A stretch of 64,000 nt of DNA from an uncultured delta proteobacterium (GTDB taxonomy: Bacteria > Myxococcota_A > Polyangia > Polyangiales > Polyangiaceae): positions 96,001 to 160,000 of the forward strand of contig CAWKKR010000006.1 of NCBI GenBank assembly GCA_963850305.1, in the 5' to 3' direction. The notes below the pieces were generated by a model. The model was not told where the DNA came from and ran no database searches. It saw only the letters and a program-made list of their open reading frames with translations. Made by a program: the position numbers and the translations under genes. Numbering within the stretch: position 1 is the stretch's first letter; each line of letters begins with the position of its first letter. Shown here piece after piece: positions 42,036 through 52,934 of the stretch.

Positions 42036-42086
42036 CGGGGCGTGACGAGGATGTTGCCTGAAATTCGGCCTGGTCGCACCATCGTC

Positions 42087-42220
42087 AGGAGTTCCGCATC
42101 GACGAGCACGTCGTCCCCGAGGAATCAAAGCGGTGCGGAACTACCGAGCGCAGCGAGTACCGGGGGGAGGCGTTGCGAAGCAAGCCCCGGGGGGCGGGCA
42201 ACGCCCCCCTTTCCTAGTAG
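42087..42220. mobile_element. Palindromic element copy, reverse orientation
   Basis: gagttccgcatcgacg...tgcggaactac...gagcgcagcgag...ccccctttcctagtag. Confidence 0.8.
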
Positions 42221-42296
42221 CGCCGCCGCAGATTCGGGGCCCAACGATCCGAGCAGGTGATTCCGGGGCGCCTCCGTTCGATTACATTCGCCGATC

Positions 42297-44258
42297 ATGG
42301 ACCAATGGTTCGTGTGTGTTCCGGACGGAGATCCCGTTGGACCCGTGTCGACGTCGCTCCTCATCCTCGGCATCCGGTCGGGAAAGGTTCCCGAGGACGC
42401 GCTCGTCTGTCGGGTGGGGGAGACCTCGTGGCGCGGCGTGCTGGAAGCGGCGGAGCTCGTCGGAGCGCTTCCGGGAGCGGAGGCCTTTGACGGCAGCGAG
42501 GCGGCCACGCGCTACGCGGTGAAGAACCTGCTCGGGCAAGGCGGCATGGGAGAAGTGTATCTGTGCGCGGACGAGTGGATCGGCAGGGACGTGGCGATGA
42601 AGATCGCGCACGAAGAGCAGGCGGGGCAGGCGCACCTCCGCGCTCGCTTCGTCCGGGAGGCGCTCGTACAGGGACAGCTCGAGCACCCGAGCGTGGTGCC
42701 CGTCTACGATCTCGGACGGCGTCCCGACGGCGCGATCTTCTTCACGATGAAGCGCGTGCGCGGATTGACGCTCGCGGCGATCATCGACGGGCTCAGGCGG
42801 AAGGATCCGGCGATCGAACGGGCGTACTCGCGGCGGCGCGTGTTGTCGGCGATGAGCAACGTATGCCTCGCCGTGTCGTTCGCTCATAGCCGGGGGGTCG
42901 TGCACCGCGATCTGAAGCCCGAGAATGTCATGCTCGGAGACTTCGGCGAGGTGTACGTACTCGACTGGGGCGTCGCGAAGGTGCTCGAAGATGCCTGGGC
43001 GAACCGCGCGTCCACCGCGCTCGGTGCGCCCGTCGGCAAGACGCAAGCGGGGGCGCTCGTGGGCACCGTGGGTTATGCCTCGCCGGAACAGGTTCGCGGC
43101 GACAAGACCGTTGGCCCGGCGAGCGACGTTTACGCGCTCGGCGCGATCCTGTTCGAGCTACTGGCGCTCGCGCCTCTGCACGCAGGCAACGACGCGGAGG
43201 CTCTGATGGCGGCGACGTTGTCCTCCACCGGAGGCCGTCCGAGCGAAAGCGCGAACGCGCTGGGGATCCCGCCGGAGCTCGACGACATCTGCGCCCGGGC
43301 CACCGCTGCCACTCGCGAAGCGCGGTTCGAGTCGGCGCGCGCCATGCAGGAGTCCATCGAACGGTACCTCGATGGCGAACGCGACGAGGAACGGCGCAGG
43401 GAGCTAGCTCGCCAGCACGCAGACGCGGCGCGGCGGGCGTTCGAAGACGCCGCGCGGGGCGGTGCGGACGCCGAGACCGGGCGGGTTCGCGGTTTGAGAG
43501 AGCTGGGCGCCGCGCTGGCGCTGGAGCCGTCGAACGAAGATGCGGTCCAGACGCTGATGCGCGTCCTGCTCGAGGCGCCGGGCGAGCTGCCACCGGAGGC
43601 GGAAGCGGAACTTCGCATGATCGATCGCGAGGACCGCCTCCGTGCCGCGCGTGACGGAATGGTCGCGTATTCTCTGATGGCGCTGACTCTGCCCATCGTG
43701 CTCCGTATGCACATCCTGAGGCCGTGGCTCTTCGCCGCGCTCGTCGGAGTGATCGTCGTCACGGTATCGTATCAGGGGTGGATGTGGCGCACCGGTGATG
43801 CTCAGCGCCCGCGAATGCGGTGGGCCGTGCCCATGAGCTTCCTGGTCGTCGCCATGACGGCGAGCATCTTCGGCCCCCTGGTGATGGCTCCCGGGGTCGC
43901 CGCCATCACCGTGGCTGGTTTTGCCGTGAGCCTTCGAGCCAATCAGGAGACGAAACGCGCCCTCTTGCTCCTCGGCCTCGGCGCGATTCTCGTCCCGCTA
44001 GCTCTCGAGTACCTGGGCCTCGCGCCCGCGTCGTACGCCTTCGAGGACGGCTCGATCCGGATTCTGTCGAACCTCGTCGAGTTCCGTCCCGTGCCATCGC
44101 TGTTGTTGCTCGCGCTCGGATCCATCATGACGATCGTCGCGACCTATTTCAGCGTCGGCCGCGCCGTGGACGCCCTCGTGGCCTCGGAGCGACGGAACTT
44201 CGCGCAAGCCTGGAGGCTGCGACAGATCCTGCCGGTGCGTCAGGACGGAGCGGCTTAG
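42297..44258 (+). CDS. Ser/Thr kinase with an N-terminal GYF_2-like domain and multiple C-terminal TM helices
   Basis: WF...GPVS...W N-domain; LGQGGMGEVY, HRDLKPEN, DWG, SPE. Confidence 0.92.
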   Translation: MDQWFVCVPDGDPVGPVSTSLLILGIRSGKVPEDALVCRVGETSWRGVLEAAELVGALPGAEAFDGSEAATRYAVKNLLGQGGMGEVYLCADEWIGRDVAMKIAHEEQAGQAHLRARFVREALVQGQLEHPSVVPVYDLGRRPDGAIFFTMKRVRGLTLAAIIDGLRRKDPAIERAYSRRRVLSAMSNVCLAVSFAHSRGVVHRDLKPENVMLGDFGEVYVLDWGVAKVLEDAWANRASTALGAPVGKTQAGALVGTVGYASPEQVRGDKTVGPASDVYALGAILFELLALAPLHAGNDAEALMAATLSSTGGRPSESANALGIPPELDDICARATAATREARFESARAMQESIERYLDGERDEERRRELARQHADAARRAFEDAARGGADAETGRVRGLRELGAALALEPSNEDAVQTLMRVLLEAPGELPPEAEAELRMIDREDRLRAARDGMVAYSLMALTLPIVLRMHILRPWLFAALVGVIVVTVSYQGWMWRTGDAQRPRMRWAVPMSFLVVAMTASIFGPLVMAPGVAAITVAGFAVSLRANQETKRALLLLGLGAILVPLALEYLGLAPASYAFEDGSIRILSNLVEFRPVPSLLLLALGSIMTIVATYFSVGRAVDALVASERRNFAQAWRLRQILPVRQDGAA

Positions 44259-44316
44259 CGTTTGCTTTCCAGCCGGGGGTTCGGCTACATGATCATTGGG
44301 CTGGAGGCTCTCGATC

Positions 44317-45141
44317 ATGATGAGGTTCGTTTCGGTCACACTCGTGATGGCGATGCTCGGTGGGTCGGCAGTGGCGCACGCCGATGGAGGCGGACACGAG
44401 GGCGATGTCTTGATCGAAACGAAGGATGGGGCGCTATTCAGGGGACGCCTGATGGAACGGATCCCCGGGCAGTACGTGTCGATCGAGCTTGCCTCGGGCG
44501 AGACGCGGCGCATCGCCACGAGTGCCATCGCGCGCGAGACGGACGAGGCGTCGACTGCTGGGCATGGGGAGCTTGTCGAGCCGCGCCGTACCGTGCACAT
44601 CGAGTTCAACGTCGACGACGATCGCGCGGAGTTACAGCGTCTCGATGAGGACCAGTGGATTGCGGTTTGCCCGGGGCCCTGTTCCGTCGATGGCCCCGCC
44701 GACGCCGTTTATCGGATCGGTGGCAACGGTGTGCGAAGGTCGACGCCGTTTCGACTCCCCGAGGACGAACGAGATGTTCCCGTCACGGCGGAGGCCGGGA
44801 GCACGAGCACCACGGTCTGGGGTGCCGTCCTGGCCATTGGCGGGGGAAGCCTTGCGCTGACGATCGGCCTGCCGGTGCTGGCAATTGGTTTCGTGGCGAA
44901 CGGCGATGACAGCTCCGGTGACGGCACGGCAGGCGTCGGACCCCCGTTGATCGAGGCGGGCGCGGTCATGACGGTTGGTGGCGTGATTGCGGGCGTTGCC
45001 GGACTCATCATGGTTCTGAACAATCGCACTCACGTGAAGGTCGGGAGCGCCGTCTCGTTGCCGCGGCTCGGCACGGATGGGCGATCTCCCGGGGTCGCGG
45101 TCGGCGGCGGGGCACCGCCGATGTTCGGGCTCACCTTCTGA
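44317..45141 (+). CDS. Exported protein with a Gly-rich hydrophobic hairpin, ending in FGLTF
   Basis: Signal peptide AHA, CxxPC motif, terminal Phe. Confidence 0.7.
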   Translation: MMRFVSVTLVMAMLGGSAVAHADGGGHEGDVLIETKDGALFRGRLMERIPGQYVSIELASGETRRIATSAIARETDEASTAGHGELVEPRRTVHIEFNVDDDRAELQRLDEDQWIAVCPGPCSVDGPADAVYRIGGNGVRRSTPFRLPEDERDVPVTAEAGSTSTTVWGAVLAIGGGSLALTIGLPVLAIGFVANGDDSSGDGTAGVGPPLIEAGAVMTVGGVIAGVAGLIMVLNNRTHVKVGSAVSLPRLGTDGRSPGVAVGGGAPPMFGLTF

Positions 45142-45270
45142 ACCGCCGAGCGAATCCTGCCGGCTCGTGGCACATAAAGCGACGTCGGACGTCTCCGTCA
45201 CGTCCTTGGCGCCCGGAAAAGCGCTCCCCCGGGAAAGCGGCTCCGTGCGACGATCGAGGTCGTTCCAACC

Positions 45271-47122
45271 ATGACGGACACACGAGGCTCATCCGCGCGC
45301 GACCTTGCCGACGGTGAGGAACTCTTGCCACTGGCCCTCTTGCGTTCCCTCGCGCGCACCGTCTCCTGGTTCGGCGCCTACCCTCGCACGATCGTTGTCG
45401 TCGCCGCCGCCGTGTTGCTCGAGATGGCATTCGTCGCGTCGATACCGCTCGCGACGAGGGCGCTCATCGACCGGGCTCTGATTCCGCGCGACGCCGCCTT
45501 GCTCGTCCGGATCACGGCTTTTCTCGCGGGCGGCGCACTGACAATCAGCCTCATCGGCTTTCTGGGGGACTACTACTTTGCGCGAATGGTCACGGGGGTC
45601 CTGAGGGATCTGCGGGTGAGGCTGCTCGACCACCTGCAGCGCCTCTCGACGAGTCACTTCACGGCCAATGCCGGCGCGGATATCTCGGCGCACTTCTCGA
45701 CCGATCTCGGGGCCGTGAAGAGCGCTCTCGAGATTTTCCATTTCCTGGGGTGTGCTTCCGGCCATCGACATCGTGGCGAACGTCGTGCTGCTGTTCGTGC
45801 TCGACGTGCGGCTCGCCATCATCGCGCAGCTTGCGTGGCCGGTGTCGCTCATCGGGCCTCGGATCCTGGCGCGCAGGGTGTCGCGAGCCGCCGCTGATCT
45901 GAAGGCTCGGGAAGCGGGCGTCCTCGCGGAGGTACGAGAAGTGGCCAGCGGAGCCGAGGTCATTCGCGCCTTCGGGCTCGAGGAAACCATCACCGATCGA
46001 TTCCGGTTCCGCGTCGGCGCTCTGCGCCGTCTCGAGATGCTCGGGCATTCCCTGTCACTGAGCATCAATCGCTCGGTGGGCGGAGGGCTGCTGGTACTTC
46101 AGGGCCTGCTGCTGGGCGTCGGTGGCCTTTTCGTGTTTCGTCGCGAGTGCACGGTCGGCACGCTGGTGGCGTTTCAAGGGCTCTTCATGTCGCTCACGTA
46201 TTCGATCGGCTACGTCGTGCGGTTCCTGGACACCCACGTTCACGCCGCCGCCGGCCTCGCTCGAATCGAACGTCTCTTCGCCGAGCCCTTTGCCATCGAG
46301 GATCCGCCTTCGGCCTCGCCGCTACCGGCCTTCTCGGCGGAGCTCACTTTCGACCATGTCGCGTTCGCGTACGGTCCCGGCAGACCCGCGCTCGCCGACG
46401 TGAGTTTCTCCATTCGGCGAGGCGAGCGCATTGCCATCGTTGGTGCAACCGGCTCCGGCAAGAGCACACTCCTCAGCCTGCTCCTGCGCTTCCGCGAACC
46501 CACGTCGGGGACGTTCGAGATGGACGGCCGTGACGTTCGTTCCGCGACACGGCGATCGCTGACGGATCAGGTCGGTGTCGTCTTCCAGGAAACGTTCTTG
46601 TTCGACAGCACCATCAGGGAAAACATCCGCTGCGGTCGCTCCGACGCCACGGAACAGGAGATCATCGAAGCGGCGCGCCATGCCGAATTGCATGATCTCA
46701 TCGAACGGCTTCCCGAAGGTTACGATACTCGGGTTGGTGAACGTGGGGCCAGCCTGTCCGGAGGGCAGCGCCAGCGCCTAGCCATCGCTCGCGCGCTCCT
46801 GCGGGATCCCGCCATCCTCCTGCTCGACGAAGCGACGTCTGCGCTCGATCCGGTCACCGAGACCATCGTCAACCGGGCTCTCGGTCACGCCCGTCGTTGC
46901 CGGACGGTCATCACCGTCACACACCGCCTCGGCTCGATCGTGGATGCCGATCGGATCTTCGTGCTCGAAAAGGGTCGAATCGTGGAGCAGGGACGCCACG
47001 CCGACCTCCTGGCGCGGCGAGGCGCTTACGCCCGGCTATGGACCGCGCAGAGCGGATCTCGTGCCGTCGCGGCCACGCGAGAACCCACTCCGACGCGTCT
47101 CGACCGGCTTGGCTCGGCATGA
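45271..47122 (+). CDS. ABC exporter (fused TM and ATPase), split by a 1-bp insertion near 45732-45737
   Basis: GATGSGKS, LSGGQRQR, LLDEATSALD; ORFs 45271..45897 and 45752..47122. Confidence 0.85.
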
Positions 47123-47250
47123 AGCTCGATCCCAAAGAGCTCCGCGATCTGCGTATTCTGATGGACACTTGCGAGCGCCTATTTCGCGCGCTCGATGCTC
47201 GTGGGCTCGAGTTCTGGCTCGATTGGGGAACCCTGCTCTTCTGGGCGTGA
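47119..47250 (+). pseudogene. Truncated LicD-family N-terminal fragment (43 aa)
   Basis: LDARGLEFWLDWGTLL resembles the LicD (Y/F)WLxxGTLLG motif; ATGA overlap with the ABC gene. Confidence 0.55.
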
Positions 47251-47253
47251 CGT

Positions 47254-49218
47254 TCACGCGCCGCCGGGACGCCCCACGGCAGCGAGGCGCGCGCGGACGA
47301 AGGGCGAGAGGCGATAACGCTCCAGCGTCTCGCGGGGCAGGGTTGCGGCGCCCTTGACGACTCCAACGCAGGCGACGCTGCCGCAGACGCACGAGAACGG
47401 CGAACTCATCTCCCATTCCGTCGCCGGGTAGAAGAAAGAAAGCTCTTCGCCGCGACCGATCGTCCGGCGTGCGCGGATCGTCATCGTCTCGAACGAGAAT
47501 TCGACGTTCGGGTCACAGGAGTGAGTCAGAAACGATAGCTCCGCCGGCAACAGGTCCGCGTGTTCGCTCTCGCCGCATTGGAGTGTCCAGCGCGACGGCT
47601 TTGCATGAGGACGCGAACATCGAAAGTTCGAGACGACCTCGCCCTCGTCGAAGGCCCGGACGGCGAACAGGCCGTGGCCAGTCGGGCTCTTGCCCAGAAC
47701 GAACCGGCCCGCTCGCTCGAGTACGCTCGCGGGCCCCATGAATTGCTGGACATCCAGCGTGCGCACGTAATCCGACACGTGATTGCCGTACTTGGCACGA
47801 AGGTCGTCACGCGTGCCGTCCGAGCCGCGCACCATTCCCCTGCAGTTCGGCGCACCGCAAGCGCAGGTGAACTCGGGCATCTCGGGTCCCGAGAACGTCG
47901 CATAGTCCACCGTGATCGGAGCTCCGGCCGGCAAATCCCGACGAGCCGCGAGGTCGAGACCGACGAGCCACGCGCTGGGATCGCAGGAATGGTTGATCGG
48001 ACGCCATTCGGCCGGGTCCTCGCTCCACATGGCATATACCGACGGTGAGATCGGCCAGGCATACGCGTCCAACACGGAGCGCGCGTCGGCCCGCCACCGC
48101 GTCGCTCCGTACTCCGCCGAGATGAGTCGAACGGACGTCTCCTCATAACGCACGGCGATCTCTCCGATTCGAATGGGGCGCGCCGCGACCATGCCGAACC
48201 CACCACTCTTGGTGTAGCGGAGCGCCCATGCGCGACGCGCCCGGTCGCGGCGCTCGATCGCCCTGGCGATGAGATGTTCGAGGAACGCTCGGTGACCGCC
48301 TGGCTCCCTCGCCACGATGAAGTCCGCGCTGCCGAACGCGTTGTCCGGGTAAAACATCCCGCAATTGGGGTTGATCTCGAGAAGGATCGGCTGGCCGCGC
48401 GCGTCCACGCGGATGTCGCATCGACCGAAGCCGCTACCCTCGAGCCCCGCGAACACGCGGGCGGCGGCGTTCCGCAGCGCGGCGTCGAGGGCCGGATCGT
48501 CCACGCCGCGCACGCTCATACTTTCGTGGTCACGCCACTTCAGATCGAAGTGTTTCCACGACTCTCCTGGCGGGAAGACGAACTCCACCGGGGCGAGCAC
48601 CCACGGCTCGCCACCGCGCTCGCGGGGTTCGGTGACCAGCACCGTGAACTCGCGACCGGTGACGAACTCCTCGATCAGGGCCGCGCCGAAGCGCTCCACG
48701 GTGGCCTCGACCTGCTGGAGCAGCCCAGACATCGTTTCCACGCGCGACGCTGGGGTGAGCCCGATGCTCGAATATCCGTTCAGCGGCTTCACGATCATCG
48801 GAAGCCGCATGCCGTCGACGACCGCGCTCACCTCGGCCGTCGACCGGACGATCGCATACGCTGGGAACGCGACGCCCTCCGCGGCGCACGCCATCTTCAT
48901 CGCCTCTCGCGACGGATCGTAGAAGTGGCTCCCGGCCCCCGTGAACGCGACATCGAGCCGCTCGAGCGCCTCGACCACTTCGATCCCCGGTCTGTCTTCT
49001 TCCCACGCACCGTCGCACAGGTTGATCACGACGTCGAAGCCGGCACGGGCGACTTCCGTCACGATCCGCACGGCGTTGAGCCGCGTCAGGCGGAATGACT
49101 CGAAGCTTGCTTCTGGCAGAAATCTTCCCGGGTCCACCTCTGGGTCCAGCCCCGCACAGGGCGAGGACGAGCCTTCGTACGACGGGTGCAAGATCGCGAT
49201 GCGCATGGGAACGCGCAT
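47254..49218 (-). CDS. D-Ala-D-Ala-ligase-like ATP-grasp domain fused to two SET/post-SET domains
   Basis: IVKP..GYSSIG, EEFVTGREFTV, RCDIR, LEINPNCG; NHSCDP..CACGAPNCRG; THSCDPN..EELSFFY..CVCGSVAC. Confidence 0.85.
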   Translation of the reverse strand: MRVPMRIAILHPSYEGSSSPCAGLDPEVDPGRFLPEASFESFRLTRLNAVRIVTEVARAGFDVVINLCDGAWEEDRPGIEVVEALERLDVAFTGAGSHFYDPSREAMKMACAAEGVAFPAYAIVRSTAEVSAVVDGMRLPMIVKPLNGYSSIGLTPASRVETMSGLLQQVEATVERFGAALIEEFVTGREFTVLVTEPRERGGEPWVLAPVEFVFPPGESWKHFDLKWRDHESMSVRGVDDPALDAALRNAAARVFAGLEGSGFGRCDIRVDARGQPILLEINPNCGMFYPDNAFGSADFIVAREPGGHRAFLEHLIARAIERRDRARRAWALRYTKSGGFGMVAARPIRIGEIAVRYEETSVRLISAEYGATRWRADARSVLDAYAWPISPSVYAMWSEDPAEWRPINHSCDPSAWLVGLDLAARRDLPAGAPITVDYATFSGPEMPEFTCACGAPNCRGMVRGSDGTRDDLRAKYGNHVSDYVRTLDVQQFMGPASVLERAGRFVLGKSPTGHGLFAVRAFDEGEVVSNFRCSRPHAKPSRWTLQCGESEHADLLPAELSFLTHSCDPNVEFSFETMTIRARRTIGRGEELSFFYPATEWEMSSPFSCVCGSVACVGVVKGAATLPRETLERYRLSPFVRARLAAVGRPGGA

Positions 49219-49282
49219 CGTACGCTACCCGGAGAACGAAGACACCAGAGGCCTCCACTGCCCGGTTCGGACCGCAGCGAGC

Positions 49283-49666
49283 TCAGACGCTGCCGAGGAA
49301 CATTGCGACCCAGCAGGCCACCGCTCCAGTCCAGGCGACGGAGCGCAACGTGGCGCGGTCCGCGACGTACAGAATGCCGTAGACGAAACGCAGGACGAGC
49401 CAGGCTACGGCGAGCGCGTCGAGCGTGCCGTGATCGAGCTTGCCGATGTGGGTCGCGATGATCACCGCCGCGGCGAACGGCGGGAATGCTTCGAAACTGT
49501 TGAGCTGTGCCCAGTGCGCGCGCTTCTTCGCCCCCGAAAGACGCTCGAGGAACTCCCGGGGATTGTGGTTGTCCCGGCCGCCGAAGCCACTGGTGAACTT
49601 GGCGTAGGCCGTCCACATCAGGGGTATCAGCGCGCCGAGGAGGACGCAGTAGTAGGCGATCGTCAT
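49283..49666 (-). CDS. MAPEG-family membrane protein
   Basis: DNHNPR, RAHWAQLNSFEAFPPFAAAV, RFVYGILY. Confidence 0.88.
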   Translation of the reverse strand: MTIAYYCVLLGALIPLMWTAYAKFTSGFGGRDNHNPREFLERLSGAKKRAHWAQLNSFEAFPPFAAAVIIATHIGKLDHGTLDALAVAWLVLRFVYGILYVADRATLRSVAWTGAVACWVAMFLGSV

Positions 49667-49807
49667 GGGGCTCGAGCATCTATCAGAGCCGCGCCGCGGC
49701 GAGGAGGGGCCTCGACGATTCGAGAAAGCCAAAGGCGCCGTTCTCCGTGGATTCCGCGCGCGCGAACGGACACCCTCGCGGGGCACCGGATCGGCTACGT
49801 TGAGACG

Positions 49808-52800
49808 ATGCGACCGAGTCCCGCGATCCCAGGCCTCGTGACTGCGCTCGCGGTCGTCGTGGGGTGCCAGGGACCCCCCAAGACCGCCGCGTTGCCCCCC
49901 GCGAAACCGAAGCCGCCGTCCGTCTCGGTGGCGGCGCCGCCTCCTCCGAGACCAGAGCCAGCCGCCGCGGTTCTCCGGACCGGGAGGTGGGAACCCGTCG
50001 AGGACGCCAAGGTATCCCTTCACGTCGTGCGCCGCGACGTGAAGCACGGCATCGAGTTCGACGAAATTGGACTGCCCACCGCGACCGAACTGGCGGGCAG
50101 CGTCTCGCTCGGCTCGACCACGGTCGTCGAACTGGCGCAGCCCGGGGGTTCGCTCGCGTTCATCGGTGCAGGGAGTCCGCCAGCGCCCGTGCCGGGAGCG
50201 GCGGCTCGGGCATCCGAGCTCCGCCTATGGGTGCGGCGCCCCGCGACGGTGACGTCACCGGCACTAGCAGGGACGTTCTACACGGCCGCGTCGCGCAGCG
50301 CCCACGGCCATCGGGTGCCGTTCGTGGCGAGTCCCGACAAGGACACGGGCGCTGCACCGGACCTGGAGCGCGCGTGGGCCAGCGCGCTCGCGACGGATCT
50401 CGAGACGCGGTCTTCGGCATTTTATCGATTCGCGTCGGAGCGTGTTCGACAGCGCTACCTGCGGGAGAAGCCGAAGAAAGATGCGCCTCGCGACGGCTAT
50501 CACCGCGACGACGGGCTCGAAGATCTGATGGATACGACGACGGGACGGCTCTCCGTGCAAGACGCGCTCGAGCGCGACCGCTCGCTCTTCATCGAAGCCG
50601 AGGCAAAAACGCGATCGGTCCCGGTGGAAAAGCTGAAGCCGCCGCAGCTGACCTCGCACCCCTGGGCGGATCTTGCCCGCGCTCTTCCGGCGCGCCCGCC
50701 GGAAGAGCCGCTTGCCAAGGCGACTCCGGCGGAGTTCTACTTCCTGCGAGCGCGCGGACTCGGGCGATTGCTCGACATCGTGGACGCCGTCGAGAGCTGG
50801 GGCGAGCCTGCGGCGAATGCCCTCGACGGTCGCACGGAAGATCGCGGCACGTTCGAGCGATACGAGACCGAGCTCGGTCTCGTGCGGACGGATGCCACAC
50901 GCATGTTCGGTCCGCAGCTCGTGACGGACCTCGCCGTCGTCGGCAGCGATCCGTACATCCACGAGGGCACGGACGTGACGCTCCTGTTGCACGTCACGGA
51001 CGCGGCGATCTTCGCAACCGCCATCGCCGGACTCGCCTCGGCGTCGAGTGCCAACCACGGCGCCGTCACCGAGACTCAGTTCGATCACGAGGGAGTGACG
51101 GTCATCGTCCGGCGATCGGCCGACGGCCGGCTCCGTCAACATTGGGCGAGCGTCGGCGATCTCGAGCTCGTGTCCAACAGCGCGGGCGCCATCGAGCGCG
51201 TCATCTCGACGATTCATGGTCACCACCCGCGGCTCTCGGACGAGCCTGACTTTCTCTACATGCTGGCTCGCGACGCGGAGGCCCCGGACGACGTGCTCGC
51301 CTACCTCGGCGATCGGTTCGTCGCGACCGTCGTCGGTCCCCAGCAAAAGATCGCCGAGGCGAGGCGACAGCTCGCGCTCGCGGACCTCTCTCGGCCCGGG
51401 TACGCGGCGCTGCTCTACGGCTGGATAGAAGGTCATGCGCCCGCGTCGCTCGCCGAACTCGTCGGTTCGAAGCTCCTCGACGCGAGTGAACTCAGGCATC
51501 CCGGCGGCGGGGCCATCGACTGGCGACCACGAACGGGTGCCCATTCGACGTGGGGCTCCCCCGCGGCGCTCGAGCCGCTCATCGACCTGCCGAAAGTGAC
51601 GCTCGTCACGGAGCCCGAGGAGCGAGGGTACGAATCCTTCGCGCAAAGTTACGAATCGCTCTGGTCGGACAAGATCGACCCCATGGCGTTCCGGATCCGC
51701 GATGAGAAGATCGCGGGCCGGACGAAGCTCACGGCGGACCTCCGCGTACTCCCTCTCCTCCGGCGCGAATATCGCGACGTCCTTTCCGTCGCGGGCACCG
51801 CGAAGACGGTCGTCCCGAACGTCTCGAGCGGCGCGCGCGTGGTCCTCGGGATCGGCAAGGACGCGACGCTCCGGCGGGAGTTGACCGAAACGGGGCGCTC
51901 GTTCGGCGGCGAGCAACCGCTCGCTTTCGACTGGATCGGAGACTATGGCGTCGTCGGGGTCGCCGATCGGAACGAGCTCGCGAACACGGCGCTCATGCTC
52001 GCCAGCGACGACATCGAGATGCCGCTGGAGCCGGCCCACCCGAAGCACGAGGAAACCTTCGAGGAGCTTGCGGATCTGCCGATCTACGCCGCGATCGAGG
52101 TTCGCAGCAGGCTCGGCGCGGCGGTGGCCCTCACTGCACTGCACGAGCTTGCCGACAAGAGCGCGCCCGGCGCGGCGACATGGGGCAAAGCTGCGAGCTA
52201 CCGCGGCAACGACATCGTGGCGGTCACCGACGACGAGGCGCACCAGAAAATCACCGTCTACTACTCGCTCTTGCCGAGCGCGCTCGTCGTCTCATTGAAC
52301 GAAGGCACGCTCCACGTCGCGATCAATCAGCTCCTCGATGCCCCGCCCGTATCGGCTCCCGGCGGCTCGAACGCGGCGGACGCCGCACAGCTCAGTCTGG
52401 ACGTCACTGGAACGCCGACAGGAGCTCTCTATCGGGCGCTCGTGTGGTGTGCGACGGCGGAGGCGCTCGACAGCCCGAACGACTCCGCGGCCCTCGCGGA
52501 GGCCGTCTTCCGCGGCGTGCCCGAGTCGGAGCATGACGCCGGGCGTGCCCGCGCCGCCCTGCGCGCAGCGTTCGGCGTCGTGCCGCTCACGGTCGACGGA
52601 TTCGATTTCTCGTGGGGCCCCGACGGGATCCGCGACCCGGCACGTGGGTCGGCGAACGCGCCCGTCTGGCCGGACGTCCCCGTGCACGGGTCCATCCTGG
52701 ACAAACTGAAGCTCCGGCGGCTTCGGGCGGCCGTCTCCTTCGACGACGAGCCCGGCCAGACCAGCAAGACCCCCTTTCAGAGTCTGCACGCCCGCCTTGC

Positions 52801-52816
52801 CGTCCAGCTCGACTGA
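49808..52816 (+). CDS. Large hypothetical lipoprotein (about 1000 aa)
   Basis: Lipobox VVGC after ATG 49808; long open frame with typical codon usage. Confidence 0.75.
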   Translation: MRPSPAIPGLVTALAVVVGCQGPPKTAALPPAKPKPPSVSVAAPPPPRPEPAAAVLRTGRWEPVEDAKVSLHVVRRDVKHGIEFDEIGLPTATELAGSVSLGSTTVVELAQPGGSLAFIGAGSPPAPVPGAAARASELRLWVRRPATVTSPALAGTFYTAASRSAHGHRVPFVASPDKDTGAAPDLERAWASALATDLETRSSAFYRFASERVRQRYLREKPKKDAPRDGYHRDDGLEDLMDTTTGRLSVQDALERDRSLFIEAEAKTRSVPVEKLKPPQLTSHPWADLARALPARPPEEPLAKATPAEFYFLRARGLGRLLDIVDAVESWGEPAANALDGRTEDRGTFERYETELGLVRTDATRMFGPQLVTDLAVVGSDPYIHEGTDVTLLLHVTDAAIFATAIAGLASASSANHGAVTETQFDHEGVTVIVRRSADGRLRQHWASVGDLELVSNSAGAIERVISTIHGHHPRLSDEPDFLYMLARDAEAPDDVLAYLGDRFVATVVGPQQKIAEARRQLALADLSRPGYAALLYGWIEGHAPASLAELVGSKLLDASELRHPGGGAIDWRPRTGAHSTWGSPAALEPLIDLPKVTLVTEPEERGYESFAQSYESLWSDKIDPMAFRIRDEKIAGRTKLTADLRVLPLLRREYRDVLSVAGTAKTVVPNVSSGARVVLGIGKDATLRRELTETGRSFGGEQPLAFDWIGDYGVVGVADRNELANTALMLASDDIEMPLEPAHPKHEETFEELADLPIYAAIEVRSRLGAAVALTALHELADKSAPGAATWGKAASYRGNDIVAVTDDEAHQKITVYYSLLPSALVVSLNEGTLHVAINQLLDAPPVSAPGGSNAADAAQLSLDVTGTPTGALYRALVWCATAEALDSPNDSAALAEAVFRGVPESEHDAGRARAALRAAFGVVPLTVDGFDFSWGPDGIRDPARGSANAPVWPDVPVHGSILDKLKLRRLRAAVSFDDEPGQTSKTPFQSLHARLAVQLD

Positions 52817-52934
52817 CTCGCTCGCCCTCGGAAGCCTCACGACGTGCAAGGCCGTGCTCACGCCCCGGGGAAGCGCCGCCCACGCGCGATGAAGGGACGA
52901 GCCCTGTGCGATCACCAGGTGAGCCGGGGAGCAC

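Noticed and set aside
38982..44258. Complete BREX/Pgl defence system
   Set aside because: pglZ and brxC are absent, and the kinase is divergent and membrane-bound, unlike PglW
48941..49807. N-terminal part of the 1291-aa ORF
   Set aside because: It is antisense to the MAPEG and ATP-grasp genes; the lipoprotein signal starts at 49808
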